A stretch of 64,000 nt of DNA from Candidatus Kerfeldbacteria bacterium (GTDB taxonomy: Bacteria > Patescibacteriota > Patescibacteriia > SBBC01 > CAIJZX01), in the NCBI GenBank assembly GCA_016193315.1, contig JACPSJ010000001.1:791478-855477 (forward strand). The letters run 5' to 3'. Under the pieces are notes generated by a model, which saw only the letters and a program-made list of their open reading frames with translations, ran no database searches and had not been told where the DNA came from. Below are positions 27,644 through 35,994 of this stretch, one piece after another; positions within the stretch are counted from its first letter, which is position 1, and every line of letters starts with the position of its first letter. The translations under genes and the position numbers were made by a program.

Positions 27644-28840
27644 CTATTCAGACCGTCGCTCGAGCGTGACCGGCAATTCTTTGGTTTGTCCGTCGTGGTG
27701 GACCTTGAGCGTAATGGACTGGCCAGGATTGTACTTGGCGAGTAGGCCAGCCAGGGAATGTTCGGTGGTAATCTTTTCGCCATTCACCTCCAGGATGATG
27801 TCGTTCTCCTTGAGACCGGCTTTGTCGGCTGGGCTACCAGCGATCACTGCTGGTTCGCCTTGCTCGCCCGGCTGGATGTAAGCGCCCTCCTTGACTGGTA
27901 ACTCGTTCTGTGCGGCCAAGGTTTCGGTAATGAGTACATACCGCACCCCCAGGAAGGGTCGAACGATCGTCCCAAATTCGCGAACTGATTCAAGATCGCG
28001 CTTGACCACACTGATTGGCACGGCGAACCCAATCAGCTGTCCTTCTTGGCTCACGGCCGTGTTGACGGCAATGACCTGCCCGGCCAAGTTGAGTAATGGG
28101 CCGCCCGAATTACCGGGGTTAATGGCGGCGTCAGTCTGGAAAACATCTTCCAGCGTCTCCGCCTGCCCACTGCCGTCGCTGGCGGTGATGGTACGCGATT
28201 TTCCGGAAATAATGCCTTTGGTCACCGAACTACGAAAACGAAGCGGGTCGCCGATGGCGATGACGGTCTGGCCGATCTTGACTGCGTCCGAATCGCCGAG
28301 GGGCAGGGCCTGAAGATTATCCGCCTCGATCTTCAGCACGGCGACGTCATTTGCAGGATCTTTGGCCAACACTTTGGCGCTGACCGTACGGTTATCGTTG
28401 AGCGTGACGGAATACTGGGCTTGGTCGTTGTCGACCACGTGTTTATTGGTGACGATCAAGCCACTCTGGTCGACAATGAAGCCGCTGGCTTGCGTCACTT
28501 CCTCGCGGTCCTGGGGTTGGGAGAAAGGAAAGTTGAAGAAGAAATCGTCGAAGGGCGAGGCTGGCCGGCTGTTGCTGGCCAACGTCGATCGGCCAATGAC
28601 GCTGACCACCGCCGGCAAGGCTTTATTGACCACCTCCACGGTGGCCGAGTCCTCTTCGACTCGTAGCGTGGAACCCGAACTGATCAGGCTCGAAGTATTC
28701 GTCCCGGGGGACCGCTTGGCCGCCAGGCTGTACCCAACCAGACCGCCCGACACCCCGCCCATGATCAGGCTGACGAGAACGACCGGGACGAGGACCGACG
28801 GCGGCCGCGGTGTGGATAACGACGGCGGCGGAGAACTCAT
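27644..28840 (-). CDS. htrA: HtrA/DegP-family serine protease with PDZ domain
   Basis: Catalytic triad context (TNKHVV ... DVAVLKI ... GNSGGPLLN), a C-terminal PDZ domain, and an N-terminal TM anchor. Confidence 0.9.
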   Translation of the reverse strand: MSSPPPSLSTPRPPSVLVPVVLVSLIMGGVSGGLVGYSLAAKRSPGTNTSSLISSGSTLRVEEDSATVEVVNKALPAVVSVIGRSTLASNSRPASPFDDFFFNFPFSQPQDREEVTQASGFIVDQSGLIVTNKHVVDNDQAQYSVTLNDNRTVSAKVLAKDPANDVAVLKIEADNLQALPLGDSDAVKIGQTVIAIGDPLRFRSSVTKGIISGKSRTITASDGSGQAETLEDVFQTDAAINPGNSGGPLLNLAGQVIAVNTAVSQEGQLIGFAVPISVVKRDLESVREFGTIVRPFLGVRYVLITETLAAQNELPVKEGAYIQPGEQGEPAVIAGSPADKAGLKENDIILEVNGEKITTEHSLAGLLAKYNPGQSITLKVHHDGQTKELPVTLERRSE

Positions 28841-28841
28841 G

Positions 28842-28861
28842 CTACTACATAATGTAGTAGA
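28842..28861 (-). promoter_or_regulatory. Perfect 9-bp inverted repeat CTACTACAT-a-ATGTAGTAG abutting the htrA start codon
   Basis: The palindrome begins 1 nt upstream of the htrA ATG (28840). It would sequester or overlap the ribosome-binding region, or serve as an operator. Confidence 0.3.
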
Positions 28862-28927
28862 CTGGTTTCGGTGTCAACCCCATCAGAAATTATTACGTGG
28901 GCAGTCAGCAATGAAGTGGACTGCCAA

Positions 28928-29494
28928 CTATTGCATAGTGAACTGGGGCGAGTAGACGTATCGGGCATCTGGGAGCAACCAATCGTGTTCGTCCACCTGT
29001 CGGCCACGGAGAAAGGGAACTGCTATCCGGTAGACACCTGTCGGGGCCTGGCCGTAAACTTCCCCCAGCTGATTTACGCGAATCAGTCCGTCCCACTGGG
29101 CCGTCTTGAGATCGTGGCGGGGAAATTCGGCCGACCCAAAGCTGGCCGCTTCACAGGTTTGGCCAGTCAGGTTGACGGCCGCCGAGGCATCATCCTCTAC
29201 CTGCTCCAATCGCCACCACGAGGTCGCACAGCCGTCGGCCCGCTCCGCCAGCCAAATCTTCACTGGGCTATTGTTGCGGAGCGAAATGAGCACCGGTTCA
29301 CCGGGCTGATAAACATCTTTGTCAACCCGCAGCAGAAGCCGGACTCCGCGCGGCAACGGCGGCGGCGCTGTTTCGTCGACCTGCGCACCGAGAATCTCGT
29401 TCGAGGCCTGAAAGATTAATAACAGCATGATCCCCCACCCCAGCAGCAGGGCGATGACCACCGCAAAGCTTACCCGTTGGGTGACTATCGCCAT
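28928..29494 (-). CDS. Hypothetical secreted/membrane-anchored beta-rich protein (possibly BsuPI-like protease-inhibitor fold)
   Basis: 188 aa; N-terminal signal-anchor; no strong motif. The fold guess is weak and is based on the pattern VKIWLAERADG..WRLEQ. Confidence 0.4.
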   Translation of the reverse strand: MAIVTQRVSFAVVIALLLGWGIMLLLIFQASNEILGAQVDETAPPPLPRGVRLLLRVDKDVYQPGEPVLISLRNNSPVKIWLAERADGCATSWWRLEQVEDDASAAVNLTGQTCEAASFGSAEFPRHDLKTAQWDGLIRVNQLGEVYGQAPTGVYRIAVPFLRGRQVDEHDWLLPDARYVYSPQFTMQ

Positions 29495-30382
29495 TTAGGA
29501 TGTTAATAAGTCGCTGAGACTGTGGAATTCGTAGCCCTTAGCCTTGAGATCCCGAATGATCAGACCAACTGCCTGGGGGGTGACATCGAACCCGGCGCTG
29601 AGCATAATGATGGCCCCCGGCTTCGCCTTATCGACTACCCGTTTCCGTACCTGGTCCGCGGTCATCCCCTCTTGCCAGTCGAAGGCATCAACCGTCCAAA
29701 GAATAGTGCAGTAGCCTTGGCTTTTGGCCGTGGCGACTACCGACTCATTACTGTCACCGTAGGGCGGCCGGAGGAACGGTTTTGAGGATCGGCCGGTCGC
29801 GGCGCTAATGGCTTGGTCGGCCTTGGCTAACTGGTCCACGACCTCGCCCTCGGTCAGCGACGTCAAGCGGGGGTTATCGTAGGTTCGATTGTAGATACCG
29901 AAACCGGCGCGGGCCAGGTTGGCCACAAAGTCCTGGTGTTGCTCAGCCACCCGGCCGCTGACGAAGAAAGTGCCGGCCGTATTCTGTTGAGTTAAGAGGT
30001 CAGCCACCTCGAGTGCCTGGTCGTTCGTCGCCACCAGGTTGAACGTCAGGCTGACCGCTGATGTGGTACCGGATTGTGAGATCGGACCGGCGCATCGATC
30101 AACGGAAAATGTGGCCACGTCAGGTGGGTTGATCGGGCCCGAGGCCGCGTTGGTGTTGGCCGCGGCATTCGTATTGCTGTTCGTATTCGTGTTGCCATTG
30201 GCCCGGTCTGAAAGTAGCGAGACTTCGTTGTCGTTGTTGGCATTTGGGGACGGACTACCGCTGAAGAGGGCCCGACCAAGAACGATAATCATCAAGGCGC
30301 CGATGGTCCATACTCCAATCCGACGCCAGCGAGAAGCGCTGGAGACTCCACGGCGCGGTTGATAGCGAAGGTAGTCAGCCAT
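29495..30382 (-). CDS. Polysaccharide deacetylase (NodB homology/CE4), membrane-anchored
   Basis: NodB motifs TFFVSG, RPPYGDS and LWTVDAFDW; a low-complexity Asn/Thr linker after the TM anchor. Confidence 0.8.
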   Translation of the reverse strand: MADYLRYQPRRGVSSASRWRRIGVWTIGALMIIVLGRALFSGSPSPNANNDNEVSLLSDRANGNTNTNSNTNAAANTNAASGPINPPDVATFSVDRCAGPISQSGTTSAVSLTFNLVATNDQALEVADLLTQQNTAGTFFVSGRVAEQHQDFVANLARAGFGIYNRTYDNPRLTSLTEGEVVDQLAKADQAISAATGRSSKPFLRPPYGDSNESVVATAKSQGYCTILWTVDAFDWQEGMTADQVRKRVVDKAKPGAIIMLSAGFDVTPQAVGLIIRDLKAKGYEFHSLSDLLTS

Positions 30383-30971
30383 TGATCAACGCCGAGTTGG
30401 CGGCCCGTTGACGTTGTCCTAAGTATAGCACAACCGTGTGGTGGAGACCAAAGAAGAGACCGCTGTAGAATAGATCGCCGAGGAGCGTGTAGCGGAAGAA
30501 CGGCCAGCCAGCGACATAGGCCGCGACCAAGCCCGGCCAGGTGTGCGGGTAGAGTGTCCCGAACCACCACACCGCCGCGTTCGTCACCAAGAAGAAAAAC
30601 GCCGCCCCAGCCAACGCCGCCCCAGCCAGGCGCCGCCACCCTCTCGGCCCCAGGCTCAGGCTTTCTGGCCGGTGCCGAACCCAGAACCCCAGGGCGCAGC
30701 TGACGAGAAAGCTGCCGTAGACCGAGATCATGATCGGCCACGAGTAGAAACCAATCGCCATATCGCTGATAAACATCAACCCGAGCGGGACAATAACCGC
30801 CAGACGCCGCGGGAGGTAAGCGCTGCTGAACATCGCTAAGGCGCTGACCGGCGCGAAATTCGGTGGCAAATCAATCAGCCCATAATGACGGAGCACTCGC
30901 AGGCTGGCCCCACCCAGGATCAGGAAGAGGACAAACCACCATCGCCAACGGTTGGCCTGCCGCGTGGTCAT
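30375..30971 (-). CDS. Small 6-TM integral membrane protein; candidate substrate-capture (BtuM/ECF-S-like) component of a cobalamin uptake module
   Basis: 198 aa, hydrophobic throughout. It lies in the operon downstream of the candidate B12 riboswitch and the DUF4430 genes. The function is by context only. Confidence 0.45.
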   Translation of the reverse strand: MTTRQANRWRWWFVLFLILGGASLRVLRHYGLIDLPPNFAPVSALAMFSSAYLPRRLAVIVPLGLMFISDMAIGFYSWPIMISVYGSFLVSCALGFWVRHRPESLSLGPRGWRRLAGAALAGAAFFFLVTNAAVWWFGTLYPHTWPGLVAAYVAGWPFFRYTLLGDLFYSGLFFGLHHTVVLYLGQRQRAANSALING

Positions 30972-31597
30972 GGTTTTGGACCAAGCACCCAGGAGACGAG
31001 CATCGTGTCGCCAGCCGTTAATTCCGCGGCGGCTAGATCAATAACCTCCTGCCCATTGAGTCTGATGTCCCAGTGCCCGCGGCCGGCATTCGGGAGACCA
31101 AGAAACTGATCCAGGTATGTGCTGTCCCCCCGACTGCGGTATGACATTTCTTGGCGTCGTTCCGCTGCGACCTGAGCTAGTGCTTCGAGGAGATGACCGG
31201 TCTTCGTCACCACCGTCCGGCGCTCGACAAGCCCAGGGGTCACGACCTCAACGCTGACCCCCAGCGGTTGCGTAGTGTGCGCGCCGAGCACGGATCCTGA
31301 CCAGCGATGATTTCTGACACCGGGACGCACCAAGGGCCCCAAGAAGGCGGTACTCATCCCCACCGCCAGCAGCGCCGACCAAGCCCAAACGCGCCAATCC
31401 CGTCCGGCCGTGACCGAACGACGCCCCTCACCGACGGTAACGACTGCCGCCAGCCTTGCTCGTGCCGGCGCCACCGCGGCCCGATGGTGGACCTGGTGAG
31501 CGACAACGGCCGTCGAAACGCGCGCTCGAGTCGGTCTAGAACTTCTCAAGTTTCCACTCGATCGTGTCGCGGCTCTTCGTTTGGTACTCTTTGGCAC
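30968..31597 (-). CDS. DUF4430-like (transcobalamin-like B12-binding family) protein
   Basis: C-terminal GHWDIRLNGQEVIDLAAAELTAGDTMLVSW fits the DUF4430 YW..VNG...GA....L..GD.I.W signature. The Arg-rich N-terminus of the track ORF overlaps the upstream gene by 60 nt, so the true start is probably internal, near 31441, just before the WAWSALLAVGMSTAFLG anchor. Confidence 0.45.
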   Translation of the reverse strand: MPKSTKRRAATRSSGNLRSSRPTRARVSTAVVAHQVHHRAAVAPARARLAAVVTVGEGRRSVTAGRDWRVWAWSALLAVGMSTAFLGPLVRPGVRNHRWSGSVLGAHTTQPLGVSVEVVTPGLVERRTVVTKTGHLLEALAQVAAERRQEMSYRSRGDSTYLDQFLGLPNAGRGHWDIRLNGQEVIDLAAAELTAGDTMLVSWVLGPKP

Positions 31598-31913
31598 CGA
31601 CGTCGGCTAGTTTGCCATTGACGTAAAAGGCCCAGTATTCACGATCGCCGGGCGGCCGGCTGTCAATGGCGTTGACGAATCCCTGGTCCGAAACATCGAC
31701 CTGGTGTTCGGCTTGGAGCAGTTCGAGGGCGTTCTTACCATCCTCCCCGGCGTAGCGGACCCCCTGGGCCTGGTTGGCCTTGGCATTCGCGGCGTTGACA
31801 TTGCTGTCACCTTGCGAGTTAGTGCTGACCTTGACAGTTTGGGTGAAGGAACAGCCGGCGCCGAGCAAGAAAATGCTCAGAACGACGGATGGGATGATTT
31901 TCTTCGTGTTCAC
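31536..31913 (-). CDS. DUF4430 family secreted/lipoprotein (B12-binding family)
   Basis: Signal peptide with Cys (LLGAGCS); strong DUF4430 signature EYWAFYVNGKLADVGAKEYQTKSRDTIEWK. GTG start at 31913. Confidence 0.65.
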   Translation of the reverse strand: MNTKKIIPSVVLSIFLLGAGCSFTQTVKVSTNSQGDSNVNAANAKANQAQGVRYAGEDGKNALELLQAEHQVDVSDQGFVNAIDSRPPGDREYWAFYVNGKLADVGAKEYQTKSRDTIEWKLEKF

Positions 31914-31939
31914 GGCATGATGAACAATGAATAAAGTTC

Positions 31940-32100
31940 CCGCCGTCGTAGAACTGCAGGGATCAATGAGATCCGTGCCTTTCCACGAAGGACTTGTCTT
32001 TAGGGCCGATCGACATTCGACCCAGGTGTCGGACTATACCGCGGCGGGACCGTTCCGGGATTCAACCGGATTACCTTGTGGATTGATTGTACGTGCTTCT
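31940..32100 (-). promoter_or_regulatory. Candidate cobalamin (AdoCbl) riboswitch in the 5' leader of the DUF4430 operon
   Basis: Minus-strand sequence ..AAGGTAAtccGGTTGAATCCcggAACGGTCCCGCCGCGGTATAG..(50 nt)..GGAAAGGC..GATCCCTGC.. matches the conserved cobalamin-riboswitch blocks AGGGAA / GGTGnAAnTCC / ACnGnCCCGCnACnGTnA / GGGAAGGC / B12-box GAgACCtGCC. It parallels the E. coli btuB leader (AATCCAGTGCGAATCTGGAGCTGACGCGCAGCGGTAAGG). It ends ~40 nt before the GTG start at 31913. Confidence 0.5.
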
Positions 32101-32181
32101 CATCAACTGGTCAATGCGATCCAGCAATAAACGGTCCAATAAAGAAGAATCGGGCTATGCCGAGCGTCAGGAATGCAAGCG

Positions 32182-32358
32182 TTAAGGTAAACACTTGGTA
32201 GACCTTTCCAATCCGATCGTCGTCAGGGCGATGGCAAAAGTAAAGAGAGCGAGCATTGCCACCCACCACATGCCCTCACCCGGACGCAGAGCAAACTGCC
32301 AGGTTAAAATGATACCGATCGCACTCACTAGGAGTATGTATATATTAGAGTTTTTCAT
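32182..32358 (-). CDS. Possible 58-aa two-TM small membrane protein
   Basis: ATG..TAA ORF MKNSNIYILLVSAIGIILTWQFALRPGEGMWWVAMLALFTFAIALTTIGLERSTKCLP in the intergenic region between the metalloprotease and the riboswitch. No obvious SD; AT-rich start region. Confidence 0.2.
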   Translation of the reverse strand: MKNSNIYILLVSAIGIILTWQFALRPGEGMWWVAMLALFTFAIALTTIGLERSTKCLP

Positions 32359-32391
32359 TTTATCGTCGAATCCGGCTCGTGGCGCTCCGTG

Positions 32392-34434
32392 TTATTCTTC
32401 GATTGTTTGCTTACCCGGGGCGGCGGAACGGTAGGTCAACCTAAGATTCGCGGATGATGTCAGCGCCGGGTCGAATGTATTCTGTGCGGTAAAGCTGTAC
32501 GCAGCCGAACCTTCCGGCGACCCTTCCTTCGGCGTCAGTGTATACCAGACCGCATCCGTCTGCCCGGCGGCGATCGATAACTGTGTGGCATTCGATCGGA
32601 CCGTCCAACCAGCGGTCAATGCCGGGTCCGGTTGAACGACGACGCTTGAAGCCGGGCAGGCGCCTGTATCATGATTGGTAACCAGCATTTGCACTGAAAC
32701 CGACGTCTGGCCGGTGCTCCGATCCAGCCCGGCGCTAGCCGGCTGGAAAATCGCGGTTGGTGCTTGCTCGACACACGGAGTTCCGCTGAATTGAATCTCA
32801 ATATCCGTGCCTTCGGGCGAAACCGCCACCGTCCGAAGCGTAGCCAGGCCGAATGTCCGAGATTGCCCGGCCGGTAGCGGTGCGTTATACAAATCGGAAT
32901 AGTCGTTCGGTCCGATGCTCGGTTGCCCGTTCCACAGAAGGTTAGGAGTAAAATCCAGCAGGTACGACGAGTCATCCGGCGGGGCGAACTGATTCCGAAC
33001 TTCGTGGTGGATGAGCGGTCCGGTCGCCCCGCCGTAGTTCCGCAAAAAGCCAAAAGCATCATTGTCGAATCCAATCGGCTGGCGAAATTCGAGATACAGA
33101 TATTCGTGCGTGTTAGCTCCCACCGGAACGCGGAGAAGTTTGACGCCGGACGAGGCCGTTTCAAGGGGTTCGATGTGATACGTACCGCTTTGCGTGATCG
33201 TCTGAACCCGGTCGTTCTGAAGCCACCCCAGCCGCCGCTTGTGCGGGCCGGTGTGGTGGAAGTACCCGGCGAACGGGCTGTACGGCTCGAATTTCTTCAA
33301 ACATCCAAACGGCGCATAGATTTCGGTGTGGCATTCCCACGCCCAGGCATGATCCAGTCCAAGATTATGGCTTAGCTCGTGGATCATCGTGTAATTCCCG
33401 GTTTGCATCGCTTGCGTCGTCACGACGTACGCAACGGTCAGAGATACGTCCCCATCTTGCGTCTGGAACGGTTGCGGCACGAATGATGAGTTGCCAGTGT
33501 AACCGCATGACAAGGTGTGTGGAGCCAAAACAAGGACATCCGTGTACGCGCCGTAGTCGATTGATGCATCGGCCGCGGCAATCGCCGCTAGCTCGACTGT
33601 GTGTTCGTTACACGTCGCGTTGAGATTGAGCGGAAACCAGCCGAACACATCTCCAGACAGCTCAAGACGGGCATAGGAGCTTTCACCGAACTGGGAAGCG
33701 ACGGACGCCGGGCCGGTCAGGACGAATGCATTGACTTGAGCCGGAGTCCATGATTGCTCGAGCATATCCGAGAAACGACCCATAATCACCGCCAGCTTTC
33801 TGGACGTCGCGGCTTGCGGCTGGATCGTGACCGACTGCGTTTCGTCGATACTGACCGCCAAAAAGCGATCGTCAACCAGAAATCCTTCGACGGTCACGCT
33901 TTCGGCTGGCTTGATCGCTTGCAACACCGCATCATCCCCGACCACCCGGACGTTTTTATTATCGGCGACGATATATTGCCGGCGTCCACTCGTGTGGCGC
34001 GCGGTATCATCCCAATGGCGGAATGCCCAGGTTCCGGTCATTGATGTCCGCTGGTCTATCCGGGTGCCCAGACTTTGCGCCAGTTTTTGTTCTTGCGCGG
34101 CCGTCAACAATCCCCGGAGCGCATCCTGCGGTTTAGTCCTGACCAGCGATCGGAACACGGCTCGCCGGCGTTCAGCCGCCTGCTGCAATTGTTTTTCTGC
34201 TTCGGCCCGGCTGGCACCGGAACTCACATTCCATTGAGTATACGCGGCCAGTAATGCTACGTTTTGTTGTCGCAATCCCTCCTCAGAATTACGAAGGGTC
34301 GGCGAAGTACGAAACTGCAACCAGGCGACGTAGCCGGCCGCAGCCGAACCGAAAATCCCCAGTGTGATCAGTAAGATCGGCACAACGAGACGAAGTTTAA
34401 TTTTTTCACGAATCGTTGGCACGGGCTGGAACAT
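32392..34434 (-). CDS. Membrane-anchored zinc metalloprotease, metzincin-type (HExxHxxGxxH)
   Basis: Motif MIHELSHNLGLDHAW, an N-terminal TM anchor, 680 aa, and a C-terminal beta-rich domain. Confidence 0.7.
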   Translation of the reverse strand: MFQPVPTIREKIKLRLVVPILLITLGIFGSAAAGYVAWLQFRTSPTLRNSEEGLRQQNVALLAAYTQWNVSSGASRAEAEKQLQQAAERRRAVFRSLVRTKPQDALRGLLTAAQEQKLAQSLGTRIDQRTSMTGTWAFRHWDDTARHTSGRRQYIVADNKNVRVVGDDAVLQAIKPAESVTVEGFLVDDRFLAVSIDETQSVTIQPQAATSRKLAVIMGRFSDMLEQSWTPAQVNAFVLTGPASVASQFGESSYARLELSGDVFGWFPLNLNATCNEHTVELAAIAAADASIDYGAYTDVLVLAPHTLSCGYTGNSSFVPQPFQTQDGDVSLTVAYVVTTQAMQTGNYTMIHELSHNLGLDHAWAWECHTEIYAPFGCLKKFEPYSPFAGYFHHTGPHKRRLGWLQNDRVQTITQSGTYHIEPLETASSGVKLLRVPVGANTHEYLYLEFRQPIGFDNDAFGFLRNYGGATGPLIHHEVRNQFAPPDDSSYLLDFTPNLLWNGQPSIGPNDYSDLYNAPLPAGQSRTFGLATLRTVAVSPEGTDIEIQFSGTPCVEQAPTAIFQPASAGLDRSTGQTSVSVQMLVTNHDTGACPASSVVVQPDPALTAGWTVRSNATQLSIAAGQTDAVWYTLTPKEGSPEGSAAYSFTAQNTFDPALTSSANLRLTYRSAAPGKQTIEE

Positions 34435-34440
34435 GCGGCA

Positions 34441-35019
34441 TTAGTAGTCTAATCCCCTCGTCGCAATAATTCCCTTGTAATACGGATGCTTGATCATTTT
34501 CATCTCCGTCACCAAGTCAGCATATTTCAACATCCATTTGATTTTCTGGTGGCCGGTCCAAATGAGGTGAACCATTTTCGCTTTCTTGTCCTGAGCTCGG
34601 TCTTTCAAGAACTTTTCCACCGGTTGTCGATCCAGGATTTGTTCTTCCACTGCCGACCCGAGTTCGTCAGCCACAACGAGTTGGTATTGTCCGGAAAAAA
34701 CTTTTTTCCGCAGCACAGCTAAGGCTTTCAACGCGGCGGCCTGATGCTGCTCTTCCGGTTTGCGGTCATTAAGAATCTTGTAGAACCCTTCGCCGAGCAC
34801 CAGAACTTCAACCCCCAGTTTCCGCAGACTCTGCCGTTCCCCGCTCGGCCATGGCGGTGATTTCATGAATTGGATGAAACTCACCCGCCAGCCGTAGCCG
34901 GCGGCACGCACTGCTACGCCGACTGCGGCCGTTGTCTTCCCTTTTCCATCACCAATGTAAGCGTGCGTTAGACCCCTGTCGGCCGGCCGGAGTTTCTTTG
35001 GGGCTTTATGTACGGGCAT
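34441..35019 (-). CDS. cobO: Cob(I)yrinic acid a,c-diamide/cob(I)alamin adenosyltransferase (CobO/BtuR family)
   Basis: P-loop GDGKGKTTAAVGVAVRAAGYGWRV and FIQFMK motifs. The track ORF (34441..35163) has a 48-codon non-conserved leader, so the true start is MPVHKAPKK at 35019. Confidence 0.8.
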   Translation of the reverse strand: MPVHKAPKKLRPADRGLTHAYIGDGKGKTTAAVGVAVRAAGYGWRVSFIQFMKSPPWPSGERQSLRKLGVEVLVLGEGFYKILNDRKPEEQHQAAALKALAVLRKKVFSGQYQLVVADELGSAVEEQILDRQPVEKFLKDRAQDKKAKMVHLIWTGHQKIKWMLKYADLVTEMKMIKHPYYKGIIATRGLDY

Positions 35020-35500
35020 GATGCACAAATAAACGAATGGCCGCCCGCCCATGCGGCGTGGTTTTCGCGTCCGGCATCCGTTGGATATCATCAACCGATA
35101 ACCAGCTTCCGCCGGCCGAATGAACAGTGTTGATTCGCGGTATCGTGTCACCCTGGCCAACATAGAATGTCACCAGCTCGTTCTCAGTCTCGTCTTCAAT
35201 GTGTTCTTCGCCAAGGAATTCTAGTTTCACATCCAGTCCTAAAAAATCTTTTAGCGCCTCGGTCGCCGCCGGCTCGGGACTTTGCCCGGCGAACACATGT
35301 TGTCCAACCGAGCTCGACCACCTGCCGGGAGAGAGTTCTTTGTCGCCCGCGCGTTGGCGTAAGAAAACTCGGCCGGCTTGATCGAAAATCAAAATATGCA
35401 CGGCGCGGTGCAAGAGATGCTGGGCATGAACCTGGCTTCCCGACCGGGTGCGTGGAATCGCTTCCCCGATGACCACCAGCGGTTTCTCAAAATCGGACAT
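35006..35500 (-). CDS. NUDIX hydrolase
   Basis: 164 aa with a Nudix-box-like segment GQHVFAGQSPEPAATEALKDFLG; overlaps cobO by 14 nt. Confidence 0.6.
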   Translation of the reverse strand: MSDFEKPLVVIGEAIPRTRSGSQVHAQHLLHRAVHILIFDQAGRVFLRQRAGDKELSPGRWSSSVGQHVFAGQSPEPAATEALKDFLGLDVKLEFLGEEHIEDETENELVTFYVGQGDTIPRINTVHSAGGSWLSVDDIQRMPDAKTTPHGRAAIRLFVHHART

Positions 35501-35545
35501 CTGGGATGTTAGAATTCTCCCTGATGACGAAGTTGGCGGCTCGGG

Positions 35546-35914
35546 TTATAGTTTTATTTTCTCACTCAACCGATACACCAAAGGAATCTCATACCGCCGA
35601 CCGCGCCAGGCGTTGAGAAACCCAACGATCATCGCCACCCAGACCAGGAAACCGAGGATCCAGCCTAAGATGGGGATGATCCAGACGAGGTGGGCGATAA
35701 GAAGTACTAGTCCCTGCTTGGCGTGAAATTTTACAAAGTCGTCTTTTGGCCTGGCCAAAAGCATAACCAAGCTGACGATCCAAGCGTACGACAAGGCGGC
35801 CAGCAGATTTTGATCGCTGGTGGGCGGAATTTTGTCTACTTCTTTCTTGATTTCTTCCTTCACCTTTTGGGTTTTTGATGGTTTTGGGTCGGGCATATTG
35901 GTACTATACCACAA
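35546..35914 (-). CDS. Small membrane protein, DUF4870-like
   Basis: 122 aa; Lys-rich N-terminus, FHAKQ motif, and two TM helices. Confidence 0.5.
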   Translation of the reverse strand: MWYSTNMPDPKPSKTQKVKEEIKKEVDKIPPTSDQNLLAALSYAWIVSLVMLLARPKDDFVKFHAKQGLVLLIAHLVWIIPILGWILGFLVWVAMIVGFLNAWRGRRYEIPLVYRLSEKIKL

Positions 35915-35925
35915 CCCTCCCCCTG

Positions 35926-35964
35926 TGGCCCCCTCCCCATGCCGCAGGCATGGGGAGGGGGCTG
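35926..35964 (-). terminator. Long GC-rich stem-loop (CCCTCCCCATGCC-gca-GGCATGGGGAGGG, extendable to ~18 bp) just past the nrdJ stop, flanked by G-tracts
   Basis: Perfect 13-bp inverted repeat at 35931..35959 with additional flanking pairs. The plus strand continues with GGGGG CTGGGGG TGGGGG TGTTTT. It lies between the nrdJ stop (35995) and the next gene start (35914). Confidence 0.4.
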
Positions 35965-35994
35965 GGGGTGGGGGTGTTTTGGTTCAAATGCGCG

